A DNA stretch of 64,000 nt, taken from Gemmatimonadaceae bacterium (lineage in GTDB: Bacteria; Gemmatimonadota; Gemmatimonadetes; Gemmatimonadales; Gemmatimonadaceae). Under the pieces are notes generated by a model that worked only from the letters and a program-made list of their open reading frames with translations, had not been told where the DNA came from and did not search any database. The translations under genes and the position numbers were made by a program. Of this stretch, positions 35,568 to 43,496 are shown one piece after another. Numbering within the stretch: the stretch's first letter is position 1; each line of letters opens with the position of its first letter. The stretch spans positions 6,228-70,227 of the forward strand of contig JAICJQ010000004.1 of assembly GCA_025928335.1 (NCBI GenBank), in the 5' to 3' direction.

Positions 35568-35684
35568 GTTCTGAGCGAAGCGAAGGACCTACCGTCATTG
35601 ACTAGTTACTAGTCGAGGACAGTAGCTCCTTCCGTCGCTGCGCTCCTCAGGATGACAAATGGGGTGCGCTCCTCAGGATGACAA
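35568..35684. repeat. Composite REP/MITE-like intergenic element: inverted pair of related about 25-35-nt repeats around an AT-rich palindrome, plus a 20-nt direct duplication
   Basis: Unit A 35568-35590: GTTCTGAGCGAAGCGAAGGACCT. Palindrome 35600-35614: GACTAGT-T-ACTAGTC. Unit B (inverted) 35621-35658: AGTAGCTCCTTCCGTCGCTGCGCTCCTCAGGATGACAA. TGCGCTCCTCAGGATGACAA is repeated exactly at 35639-35658 and 35665-35684. Confidence 0.75.
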
Positions 35685-37913
35685 TCAGGGCGTCGGCGGG
35701 CGCGGCGTCTGGTTTTTGATCTCGTAATCGGCGGGCGGCTCGGCGCCCATCAGATATTTCACGAAATAATCCCAGCGACGGCGCATCATGTAGTTCGACA
35801 TGTTGCCGTAGCCGTGGGGCTGATTCGGCAGCATGATGAGGTCGAAGTTCTTGTTGGCTTTGATCAGCGCGTCGACGACGAGCAGCGTGTTGTACGGGGG
35901 CACGTTGTTGTCCATGGTGCCGTGCGCGAGCAGAAGATGACCTTTGAGGTTCTTGGCCATGTTCTGATTCGCTTCGGGATCGTAGCTGTCGGTCCCATCC
36001 GCGTTCTTCGTGAGCAAACCCTGATAGCGCTCGCCCCAATCGTCCTCGTACTCGCGCTGGTCGTGGTTGCCCGATTCCGCGATGCCGACCTTAAAGAAGT
36101 CAGGATAGCGGAACATGGCATCGGCGGTGATGAAGCCGCCGCCGGAGTGGCCCCACATCGCGGCACGGTCGATGTCGATCCAGGGATACTGCTGCGCGAG
36201 CGCCTTCATTGCCGCGACCTGATCCGGGAGGGTGTTGTCGCGACCCATCGCGCCGTAGTAGGCGTCGTGGAATGCCTTCGAGCGGCCGGGCGTCCCGCGC
36301 CCGTCGATCGAGACGACGACGAACCCCAACTCAGCGAGAGCTTCCTTATCGCCGTGCGCGGCCGCGAACTGGCGAGACCCAACGCTCCCGGTCTGCGGAC
36401 CGGGGTAGGCGTTGTTGATGATCGGGTACTTCTTGGTCGGATCGAAGTTGGTCGGACGGAACAAGAGCCCGTAGAGATCGGTCGTTCCGTCGGCGGCTTT
36501 CACTTTGATGGGAATCGGCGGCTTCCAGCCGGTGGCGACGAGTTGGGAGATGTCGGCCTTCTCCAACGGCAAAAGGAGCTTGCCGTCCGCGTCGCGAAGT
36601 GCGATGACCGGCGCGGCGTCGGGCCTCGAGTAGGTGTCGACGAGATACTTGCCGTCGGGAGAAAGCTGGATGTTATGATCCCCGTCGTCCGGCGTGAGGG
36701 AAACCTGAATGCCGGCGTCGAGACCGATGCGGTAGTAGTGGGCGAAGTACGGGTCCTGTCCCTTCTCGCGGCCATTCGCGGCGTACCAAAGCGTACGAGT
36801 TTTCTCATCGAGGCGCGCGATCTGCGTGACCGGTCCGTCGCCGGTCGTCACTTTGCGCTTGAGCGCACCGGTGTTGAGATCATAGAGGTAAAGTTGGCCC
36901 CAGTTGTCGCGCTGGGAGTACCAAAGCACCTCGTTCGTCGGCCAGAGAACGCGCCACCCGGTGCGCGACTCGAATTGCGTCGGGGCTTTCTCTTCGAAAA
37001 CCGTACGGACGGCTCCGGTCTTCGCGTCGGCGACGCGAAGGATTGCGTCCTTGTGATCGCGCGACGTCGAGACGAGAGCGAGCTTGGATCCGTCGGGGCT
37101 CCAGTTGTAATCGGCCATCGAGATGTTGTCGCCGATCGTCGCCCTGTGAAATTCGGGCGGGAGCGGGAGGCGCGTGACCGTCCCGGCGTCGACGTCGATG
37201 ATCACGCGCTGGAGCATGGCGACGACGCTGTCGCCGGGAAGCGGATACTTCCATGCCTTCAGCGACGGATGGCCGACTTTCATCTCGACGAGGAACATGT
37301 CGCCGACCTTGCGCTCGTCCTGCTGCGAGGTGGCGATCTTCTTCGAATCGGGGGACCACAGCAGAATTGGACGATCGCTGCCGGCCCATCCGGCGTTGTC
37401 GGTGGCGTATCCGAAGTCCTTGGCGCCGTCGGTGGTCAGCTGCTTCTCTTGACCTGTCGCCATATCGCGGACCCAGAGATTCCAGTCGCGGATGAACGCG
37501 GCGCGCTTCCCGTCGGGCGAAATAGCGACCGGACCGGCTGCGTTGCCGCGCCCGCCACCGCCACCGCGGCCTCCCCGTCCGCCGCGCCCACCACCCGTCG
37601 ACGAATCGTTGAGCGGAACGCCGGGACAGTTGCTGCCGGTGGCGTCGCACACAGTGCGCGTCTTTCTGGCGGGATCGACAAGCACGAGCTCCGATCCTCC
37701 GTTGGTTCGCAGGCGATACCAGAGCCGATCGTCCGAGAGCCAGTTGGCAGTGATCGCATTGCGGGATACGAGCGGCGTTACGCTGGGACCGAGTAGGCGA
37801 ACGGCGCGGTCGTAGTCGGCGGGAGTCAGACGCTGAGTCGTCTGCGCCGCGGCAGGTGCGAGCGCCGACAGACTCGAAAGGGCCAGGACGAACAGGGAGG
37901 CGAGACGCTTCAT
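35685..37913 (-). CDS. S9-family serine peptidase, dipeptidyl-peptidase IV-like (beta-propeller + alpha/beta hydrolase domain), secreted
   Basis: Signal MKRLASLFVLALSSLSALAPAAAQ. DPP-IV N-terminal propeller-like region. Nucleophile WGHSGGGF (GxSxGG). Late AHGTMDNNV and His in QPHGY. Confidence 0.9.
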   Translation of the reverse strand: MKRLASLFVLALSSLSALAPAAAQTTQRLTPADYDRAVRLLGPSVTPLVSRNAITANWLSDDRLWYRLRTNGGSELVLVDPARKTRTVCDATGSNCPGVPLNDSSTGGGRGGRGGRGGGGGRGNAAGPVAISPDGKRAAFIRDWNLWVRDMATGQEKQLTTDGAKDFGYATDNAGWAGSDRPILLWSPDSKKIATSQQDERKVGDMFLVEMKVGHPSLKAWKYPLPGDSVVAMLQRVIIDVDAGTVTRLPLPPEFHRATIGDNISMADYNWSPDGSKLALVSTSRDHKDAILRVADAKTGAVRTVFEEKAPTQFESRTGWRVLWPTNEVLWYSQRDNWGQLYLYDLNTGALKRKVTTGDGPVTQIARLDEKTRTLWYAANGREKGQDPYFAHYYRIGLDAGIQVSLTPDDGDHNIQLSPDGKYLVDTYSRPDAAPVIALRDADGKLLLPLEKADISQLVATGWKPPIPIKVKAADGTTDLYGLLFRPTNFDPTKKYPIINNAYPGPQTGSVGSRQFAAAHGDKEALAELGFVVVSIDGRGTPGRSKAFHDAYYGAMGRDNTLPDQVAAMKALAQQYPWIDIDRAAMWGHSGGGFITADAMFRYPDFFKVGIAESGNHDQREYEDDWGERYQGLLTKNADGTDSYDPEANQNMAKNLKGHLLLAHGTMDNNVPPYNTLLVVDALIKANKNFDLIMLPNQPHGYGNMSNYMMRRRWDYFVKYLMGAEPPADYEIKNQTPRPPTP

Positions 37914-38146
37914 GTCGTTCTCACAAGAGGGAATCGCGTAGCAAACCGGGCTCCACCAAAATGGCCTCCGTTACAGGGCGACGGCAACCGAGCGGGCTCG
38001 AGAAAGGAAAGTGAAAACGAGTTGCAAGGAGGAAACGCGCGGCCCGTTCCGGCATATGACACTGTGTTGCTGGCGGCGGTCGATCCCCCCAATACTTCAA
38101 GCTTCGACCGTTCTTCGCCCGCCCATACCAACGAACAGTCATCACC

Positions 38147-40987
38147 ATGAAGAAACGCGTTTATTCCCTCGCGCTGCTGTTGGCGAGCGCGCCTGTGGGT
38201 GCTCAGACGCCCAAGCAACAGCCCGCGGCCGCGGCCTCGCTGACGGCGCCGCTGCCCACCGATCCAAAGGTCAAGGTCGGTACGCTGCCGGACGGCATCC
38301 GGTATTACATCCGCCAAAACAAGAAGCCGGAGAAGCGCGCCGAGCTGCGGCTTGTGGTCAACACGGGATCGGTGCTGGAAAACGACACCCAGCTCGGACT
38401 GGCGCATTTCATCGAGCACATGGCGTTCAACGGGACGACGCACTTCAAGAAGAACGATCTCGTGAAGTATCTCCAGTCGATCGGTGTCCGTTTTGGTGCG
38501 GACCTAAATGCCAGCACCGACTTTGACGAAACGATCTACATCCTCCCCATCCCGACGGACACCGCGCGGATCGTCGAGCAAGCGTTCACGATTCTCGAAG
38601 ACTGGGCGCACGGGCAGCTGTTCGATTCGACGGAAGTCACGAATGAGCGCGGCGTGGTGCGCGAGGAGTGGCGGCTCGGAAAGGGCGCCGGCGACCGCAT
38701 GCTGCATCAATGGCTGCCCATCGCGTTGCGTGGGTCAAAATACGCCGAGCGTCTGCCGATCGGAAATGAGCAGAGCATCATGACCGCGACCCCGGCGCGG
38801 CTTCGATCGTTCTACAACAGCTGGTACCGGCCCGATCTCGAGGCGGTGATCGCGGTCGGAGATTTCGACCCGGCGGTGATCGAAGCGCAGATCAAGAAGC
38901 ATTTCTCCGGGCTCAAGATGCCGGCGAACCCGCCCAAACGCGTGGCGCCAATCATTCCGCCGAACAAGGAGCCGCTGATCGCCGTGGCGTCCGACAAAGA
39001 GGCGACGGGGTCGGACGTCGAGCTGATGTTCAAGCTGCCGGTGGAGAAGACAAAGACGGTCGGCGACTATCGGCGTGATCTGATGGAGCGGCTGTACATG
39101 GCGATGCTGAACGAGCGTCTCGAGGAGATCTCACAAAAACCCGACGCGCCGTTCCTCGGCGCTGGAGCGTCGAAGGGAAGTTTCATTGGACGCACCACGG
39201 AAGCGTTCACCCTCGGCGCGAACGTGAAGGATGGCGGTATCGATCGCGGGCTCGAAGCGCTGCTCGATGAGGCCAAGCGTGTCGACCAATTCGGCTTCCT
39301 GCAGTCGGAGCTCGATCGCGCGAAGCAAAACCTGCTGCGCGGTTACGAGCGCGCGTACGCGGAGCGTGACAAGACGCAGTCCGCGGCGTTCGTGCAGGAG
39401 TACGTCAGCAATTACTTGACCGGCGAGCCCATCCCCGGCATCGACTACGAGTACAAGCTCGCCCAGCGGCTCGTGCCGGAGATCTCGCTGGCTGACGTGA
39501 ACAAGATGGCGAGCAACTGGATCACGGACGACAATCGCGTGATCATCGCGCAAAGCCCCGAGAAGGAAGGCGTCAAGATTCCGACGGCCGCCGAACTGCT
39601 CGCCGTGTTCGACCGGGCGAAGAAGACGACGGTTACGGCATACACCGAGAATCTTTCGGGCGGAGCGCTGTTGGAGGACGTGCCGACGTCGGGGAAGATC
39701 GTCAGCGAGAAGGCCATTCCGGGGATCGCGACGACGGAGTGGAGGCTGTCGAACGGCATTCGGGTCTACGTGAAGCCGACCGACTTCAAGGACGACGAAA
39801 TCGTCTTCAATGCGTCGAGCCCGGGCGGGACGTCGCTTGCCGCGGACTCGAACTTCATGTCGGCCGCGTTCGCGTCGCAGATCGTGGCGTTGAGCGGGAT
39901 CGGCAAGTTCAATGCGATCGACCTGGGCAAGAAGTTGACGGGGAAAGCGGTGCGGGTGAGCGCCGCTGTCGGCGAGACGAGCGAAGGACTGGGAGGACAG
40001 GCGTCGCCAAAAGATCTCGAGACGCTCTTCCAGCTGATCTATTTGGATTTCACCGCGCCCCGATTCGACTCCTCGGCGTACCAGGCGTTCAAGAACCAAG
40101 CGGCGCCCTATTTGGCGAACCGCGGCGTCGATCCCGATGAAGTGTTCAGCGACACCGTGCAAGTAACGATGGCGCAGCACCATTATCGGGCGCGGCCGTT
40201 GACGGCGACGACGTTCGCCGAGATCAATCCGGACAAGGCGCTAGCGTTTTATCGCAACCGGTTCGCCGACGCGAGCGATTTCGTGTTCGCATTCGTCGGG
40301 AACATCGACACGACGACGATGAAACCGCTCGTCGAGAAGTATCTCGCCTCGCTGCCGACGCTCAATCGCAAGGAGAGCTTCCGCGACAACGGGGTGCGGC
40401 CGCCGACGGGCGTCGTCGAGCGCGTCGTGCGGAAGGGCGTGGAGCCGAAGGCGAATACGCTCATCGAATTCACCGGCGACTGTCAGTACACACCGGAGAC
40501 GCGGTTCGCCATTCGTGCGATGATGGAGGTGGTACAGATCCGACTGGACGAGACGTTGCGCGAGCAGCTCGGTGGAGCGTACAGCCCGAGCTCCGGCGGT
40601 TCGTGCGGCCGGACGCCGCGGCAGGAATACTCGATCAACATCCAATTCAACTCGGCGCCGGACAACGTCGAGAAGCTGACGAAGAGTGTCTTCGCCATCA
40701 TCGATTCGCTCAAGACGACCGGTCCGAAAGCATCGGATGTCGCGAAGGTGAAAGAACAGCTCATCCGGCAACGTGAGGTCGAGGTCAAGCAGAACGGCTA
40801 CTGGGCGGCGAACCTCGTCGGGCGGGATCAAGCGGGTGAGGACGTCTCGGGCCTCCTCGCGGCGTACGACAAGATGGTGAGCGGGCTGACAGCGGCGCAG
40901 ATTCAGGAGGCGGTGAAGAAGTACTTCAATACCGCGAACTACGCGCGATTCGTCCTCCTCCCCCAATCGGGAAAGACCACTCCATGA
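38147..40987 (+). CDS. M16-family (pitrilysin/insulinase) zinc peptidase, double-length form, secreted
   Basis: Signal MKKRVYSLALLLASAPVGAQ. Inverted zinc motif HFIEHMAFNGT (HxxEH) with a downstream Glu in VVREEW. 946 aa, consistent with an active plus an inactive M16 half. Confidence 0.9.
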   Translation: MKKRVYSLALLLASAPVGAQTPKQQPAAAASLTAPLPTDPKVKVGTLPDGIRYYIRQNKKPEKRAELRLVVNTGSVLENDTQLGLAHFIEHMAFNGTTHFKKNDLVKYLQSIGVRFGADLNASTDFDETIYILPIPTDTARIVEQAFTILEDWAHGQLFDSTEVTNERGVVREEWRLGKGAGDRMLHQWLPIALRGSKYAERLPIGNEQSIMTATPARLRSFYNSWYRPDLEAVIAVGDFDPAVIEAQIKKHFSGLKMPANPPKRVAPIIPPNKEPLIAVASDKEATGSDVELMFKLPVEKTKTVGDYRRDLMERLYMAMLNERLEEISQKPDAPFLGAGASKGSFIGRTTEAFTLGANVKDGGIDRGLEALLDEAKRVDQFGFLQSELDRAKQNLLRGYERAYAERDKTQSAAFVQEYVSNYLTGEPIPGIDYEYKLAQRLVPEISLADVNKMASNWITDDNRVIIAQSPEKEGVKIPTAAELLAVFDRAKKTTVTAYTENLSGGALLEDVPTSGKIVSEKAIPGIATTEWRLSNGIRVYVKPTDFKDDEIVFNASSPGGTSLAADSNFMSAAFASQIVALSGIGKFNAIDLGKKLTGKAVRVSAAVGETSEGLGGQASPKDLETLFQLIYLDFTAPRFDSSAYQAFKNQAAPYLANRGVDPDEVFSDTVQVTMAQHHYRARPLTATTFAEINPDKALAFYRNRFADASDFVFAFVGNIDTTTMKPLVEKYLASLPTLNRKESFRDNGVRPPTGVVERVVRKGVEPKANTLIEFTGDCQYTPETRFAIRAMMEVVQIRLDETLREQLGGAYSPSSGGSCGRTPRQEYSINIQFNSAPDNVEKLTKSVFAIIDSLKTTGPKASDVAKVKEQLIRQREVEVKQNGYWAANLVGRDQAGEDVSGLLAAYDKMVSGLTAAQIQEAVKKYFNTANYARFVLLPQSGKTTP

Positions 40988-42435
40988 TCGCTGCCCGATC
41001 GTTGGCGTTCACTCTCGTCGCGGCCTCGTCTCTCGCGGCGCAGATCCCGGAAAGTGAGTTCGCGGCGCGCCGGGACTCGCTGGCGCGCCGCATCGACAGC
41101 GGTGTAGTGATCGCGTTCGGAGGTCGCACGCCGGTGACCGACTTCGGGACCTTCCATCAGCTGCCGGCCTTTCACTATCTGACCAATTTCGATGAGCCTG
41201 ACGCCGCGATGGTCATGGTGGTGCGCGGCGGGAAGGGCTCGACGACGCTGTTCATCACGCCCGCCGAGCCGCGATCGGCGTTCTACTATGGGTGGCGTCC
41301 GGACTCGACGGCGATCCGGCGCATTCACAATGTGAATGCGCGTTCGTTCTCGTCGCTCGCCGCGGTGGCGGATTCTTTGGCCGCTGCCGGACTACCCTTC
41401 CACACGCTCGACGATTTCGAGGACGCGGATTTCTCGCGCGCCGACTCGCTGACACGCGGCCGTGCCTTCGTGCGCGCCCTCGCATCGCGGCATTCTGGGC
41501 TGGCGGTGAAAGACGCGCAGCCGATCGTCGATCAACTCCGAGCCCGGAAGAGCACGGCTGAGCTGGCGTTGCTGCGCAAAGCCGCTGAGATCAGCTCCGA
41601 GGGGCATCGCGCGGTGTTGCTCGCTCCGGTCCCGTCGCACGAGTACGAACTTCAGGCGGTGCTCGAGTACAACTTCACGCGGCTTGGCGGCTCGCGTCCC
41701 GCGTATGGGTCGATCGTCGGGTCGGGCGTGAACGGGACGCAGCTGCACTACATGAAAGATCGCGGGATCACGAAGCCGGGGGACGTCGTCGTGATGGACG
41801 CGGCCACCGAGTACGAAGGCTACGCCGCCGACATCACGCGCACGATTCCGGTGAGCGGCACGTTCACGAAGGAACAGCGCGCGATCTATCAGCTCGTGCG
41901 TGACGCCCAAGGGGCGGCCGAGCGTAATTCGAAGCCCGGCATGCTCGCGTCAGCGGCTCAGGATTCGTCCGTCGTCGTTCGGACCAAGGGCCTGGCCGCG
42001 CTGGGACTGATCGAGAGTGAGACGGCGATGTTCGATCCGCCGTGGCAGGCGAACTGCGAGCGCACGCCGATGGTCTGCCGCCAGGCGAACTTCTGGATGA
42101 TTCATGGCATCAGCCACGGGCTCGGGCTCGCCGTGCACGATCCGGCGCAATTCTCGTTTGGCGATCGGACGTACAAGGTCGGCGATGCGTTCACGATCGA
42201 GCCGGGGATCTACATCAGCACGCGTATGCTCGACGCGCTGCCCGATACGCCGAAGAACCGCGCCTTCATCGCGAAGGTGAAGCCGATGGTCGTGAAGTAC
42301 GAGAACACCGGCGTTCGCATCGAGGACGATTACGTGATCACCGAGCGCGGGCTGGAGCGAATCAGCTCGGCGCCGCGGGAGATCGCGGAAATCGAAGCGC
42401 TGATGAAAAAACGCGCTCGGCCCCTCGTGCCATAG
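40984..42435 (+). CDS. pepP: Xaa-Pro aminopeptidase (M24B, with N-terminal AMP_N domain), secreted
   Basis: ATGA overlap with the M16 stop. Signal IAARSLAFTLVAASSLAAQ. Metal-ligand blocks VVMDAATEYEGYAADITRT, HGISHGLGLAVHD, FTIEPGIY and VRIEDDY. Confidence 0.9.
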   Translation: MIAARSLAFTLVAASSLAAQIPESEFAARRDSLARRIDSGVVIAFGGRTPVTDFGTFHQLPAFHYLTNFDEPDAAMVMVVRGGKGSTTLFITPAEPRSAFYYGWRPDSTAIRRIHNVNARSFSSLAAVADSLAAAGLPFHTLDDFEDADFSRADSLTRGRAFVRALASRHSGLAVKDAQPIVDQLRARKSTAELALLRKAAEISSEGHRAVLLAPVPSHEYELQAVLEYNFTRLGGSRPAYGSIVGSGVNGTQLHYMKDRGITKPGDVVVMDAATEYEGYAADITRTIPVSGTFTKEQRAIYQLVRDAQGAAERNSKPGMLASAAQDSSVVVRTKGLAALGLIESETAMFDPPWQANCERTPMVCRQANFWMIHGISHGLGLAVHDPAQFSFGDRTYKVGDAFTIEPGIYISTRMLDALPDTPKNRAFIAKVKPMVVKYENTGVRIEDDYVITERGLERISSAPREIAEIEALMKKRARPLVP

Positions 42436-42628
42436 GTTGCGCAGTCTTAACGCTCGTTAGTCTGCCGTCAGTTCCGTCGGCGGCGGTTTCTTCACTTCCT
42501 GGGCGCGGGCCGGCACTGCCAGGAAAGGTCAGGGCAGCGGCGGCGCCAAGCCGCATTGGGTTTCCTCGGATGGGCGGTTTCCCCGGCTACTCGGGCGGCT
42601 CGGCGCCTGCGCCGTTTACTCTTGTCGA

Positions 42629-43270
42629 CTAGAACAACAGCCCAAAAGTGACGGGCACCGTCTGGATCGAGCTGCGTGAGATCACACCGGTGTTCTCTGC
42701 TATAGACGTTCTGGATCTTCGCCTCGGCGAATGCCGAGAGGCGACCGAGCTTGATCTCCACGCCGCCCCCGCCGTCGACGCCGAAGTTCGTGTTCGAGAC
42801 GGAGGACGATGCGTTGGCCGCGTTAATCATATCCTTCACATTGAACGCGCCAAGTCCCGCCATGACGAATGGTCGCACCGGTCCGGGGAGCAGGTGCAAC
42901 GTGATACCCGCCCTCCCGCCGAGGATCTGGCTGTGGCCGATTTCGTCCTCACCGGTCGTCGGTCGTACCGTGCTGGTCTGCTTCAGACCGTAGCGATCGT
43001 AGCTGAACGCGAACCGGAGCCCGGAAGCCCGTTGAGAATGTGCACGAGCACGAAGCCTGTGCCGTTCACGCCGTCCTTGAGCGCGTCCTTGGCGTCGGAT
43101 ACCTGCACGCTGACACCGCCACCGAAGCCGACGCGAACCATGTGCTGCTCGTCCGCGCTGCCACCCATGGCGCGCTGCGCGAGCGCTGGGGTGACCGAGA
43201 GGACGGCGAGCGCCGTCGCGCCCGATAAGACGCGCAACGTGGTCGAGCGAAATACGAAATTCCTTCTCAC
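42629..43270 (-). pseudogene. Outer-membrane beta-barrel (OmpA-N/OMP_b-brl-like) gene interrupted by two compensating frameshifts
   Basis: GTG 43270 with GGAGG upstream and signal RRNFVFRSTTLRVLSGATALAVLSVTPALAQ. OMP-like sequence continues in a second frame from about 43020 (GLRFAFSYDRYGL...FGVDGGGGVEIKLGRLSAFAEAKIQNVY). It returns to the first frame at about 42695 and ends IQTVPVTFGLLF-stop. Total 642 nt = 214 codons. Confidence 0.55.
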
Positions 43271-43346
43271 GACTGCAACTCCTCCATGAAATAGTCGCGA
43301 CCAGCAGACAGACGTCGGCGCCCGGGACGCGGCGGGCACCGCGGAT

Positions 43347-43496
43347 CTAGGGCGCGCGCGGGATTTGGCGCACGGCGGCCGCTTTCTCACCGAGGCGGCG
43401 AAGCTCTTTGATTGGTTCGGGACTGTCGTCGACTTGGAGGAGCAGCACGGTGTCGTTGTGGAGCCAGACGCCACCGTTCTTCTCGACGATCACCAT
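43347..43496 (-). CDS. Possible 49-aa ORF translationally coupled to the GH20 gene (below the ORF-track length cutoff)
   Basis: ATGGTGA overlap with the GH20 stop. Translation: MVIVEKNGGVWLHNDTVLLLQVDDSPEPIKELRRLGEKAAAVRQIPRAP. The composition is ordinary, unlike the antisense frames here. Confidence 0.3.
   Translation of the reverse strand: MVIVEKNGGVWLHNDTVLLLQVDDSPEPIKELRRLGEKAAAVRQIPRAP

Noticed and set aside
35814-37796. 660-aa + strand ORF
   Set aside because: It lies fully antisense to the S9/DPP-IV gene, which has clear catalytic motifs. Its translation is Arg/Val/Gly/Asp-rich with no motif, as expected for a stop-poor antisense frame in GC-rich DNA.
39131-40183. 350-aa - strand ORF
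   Set aside because: It is antisense to the M16 peptidase gene. It is an Arg/Leu/Val-rich artefact.
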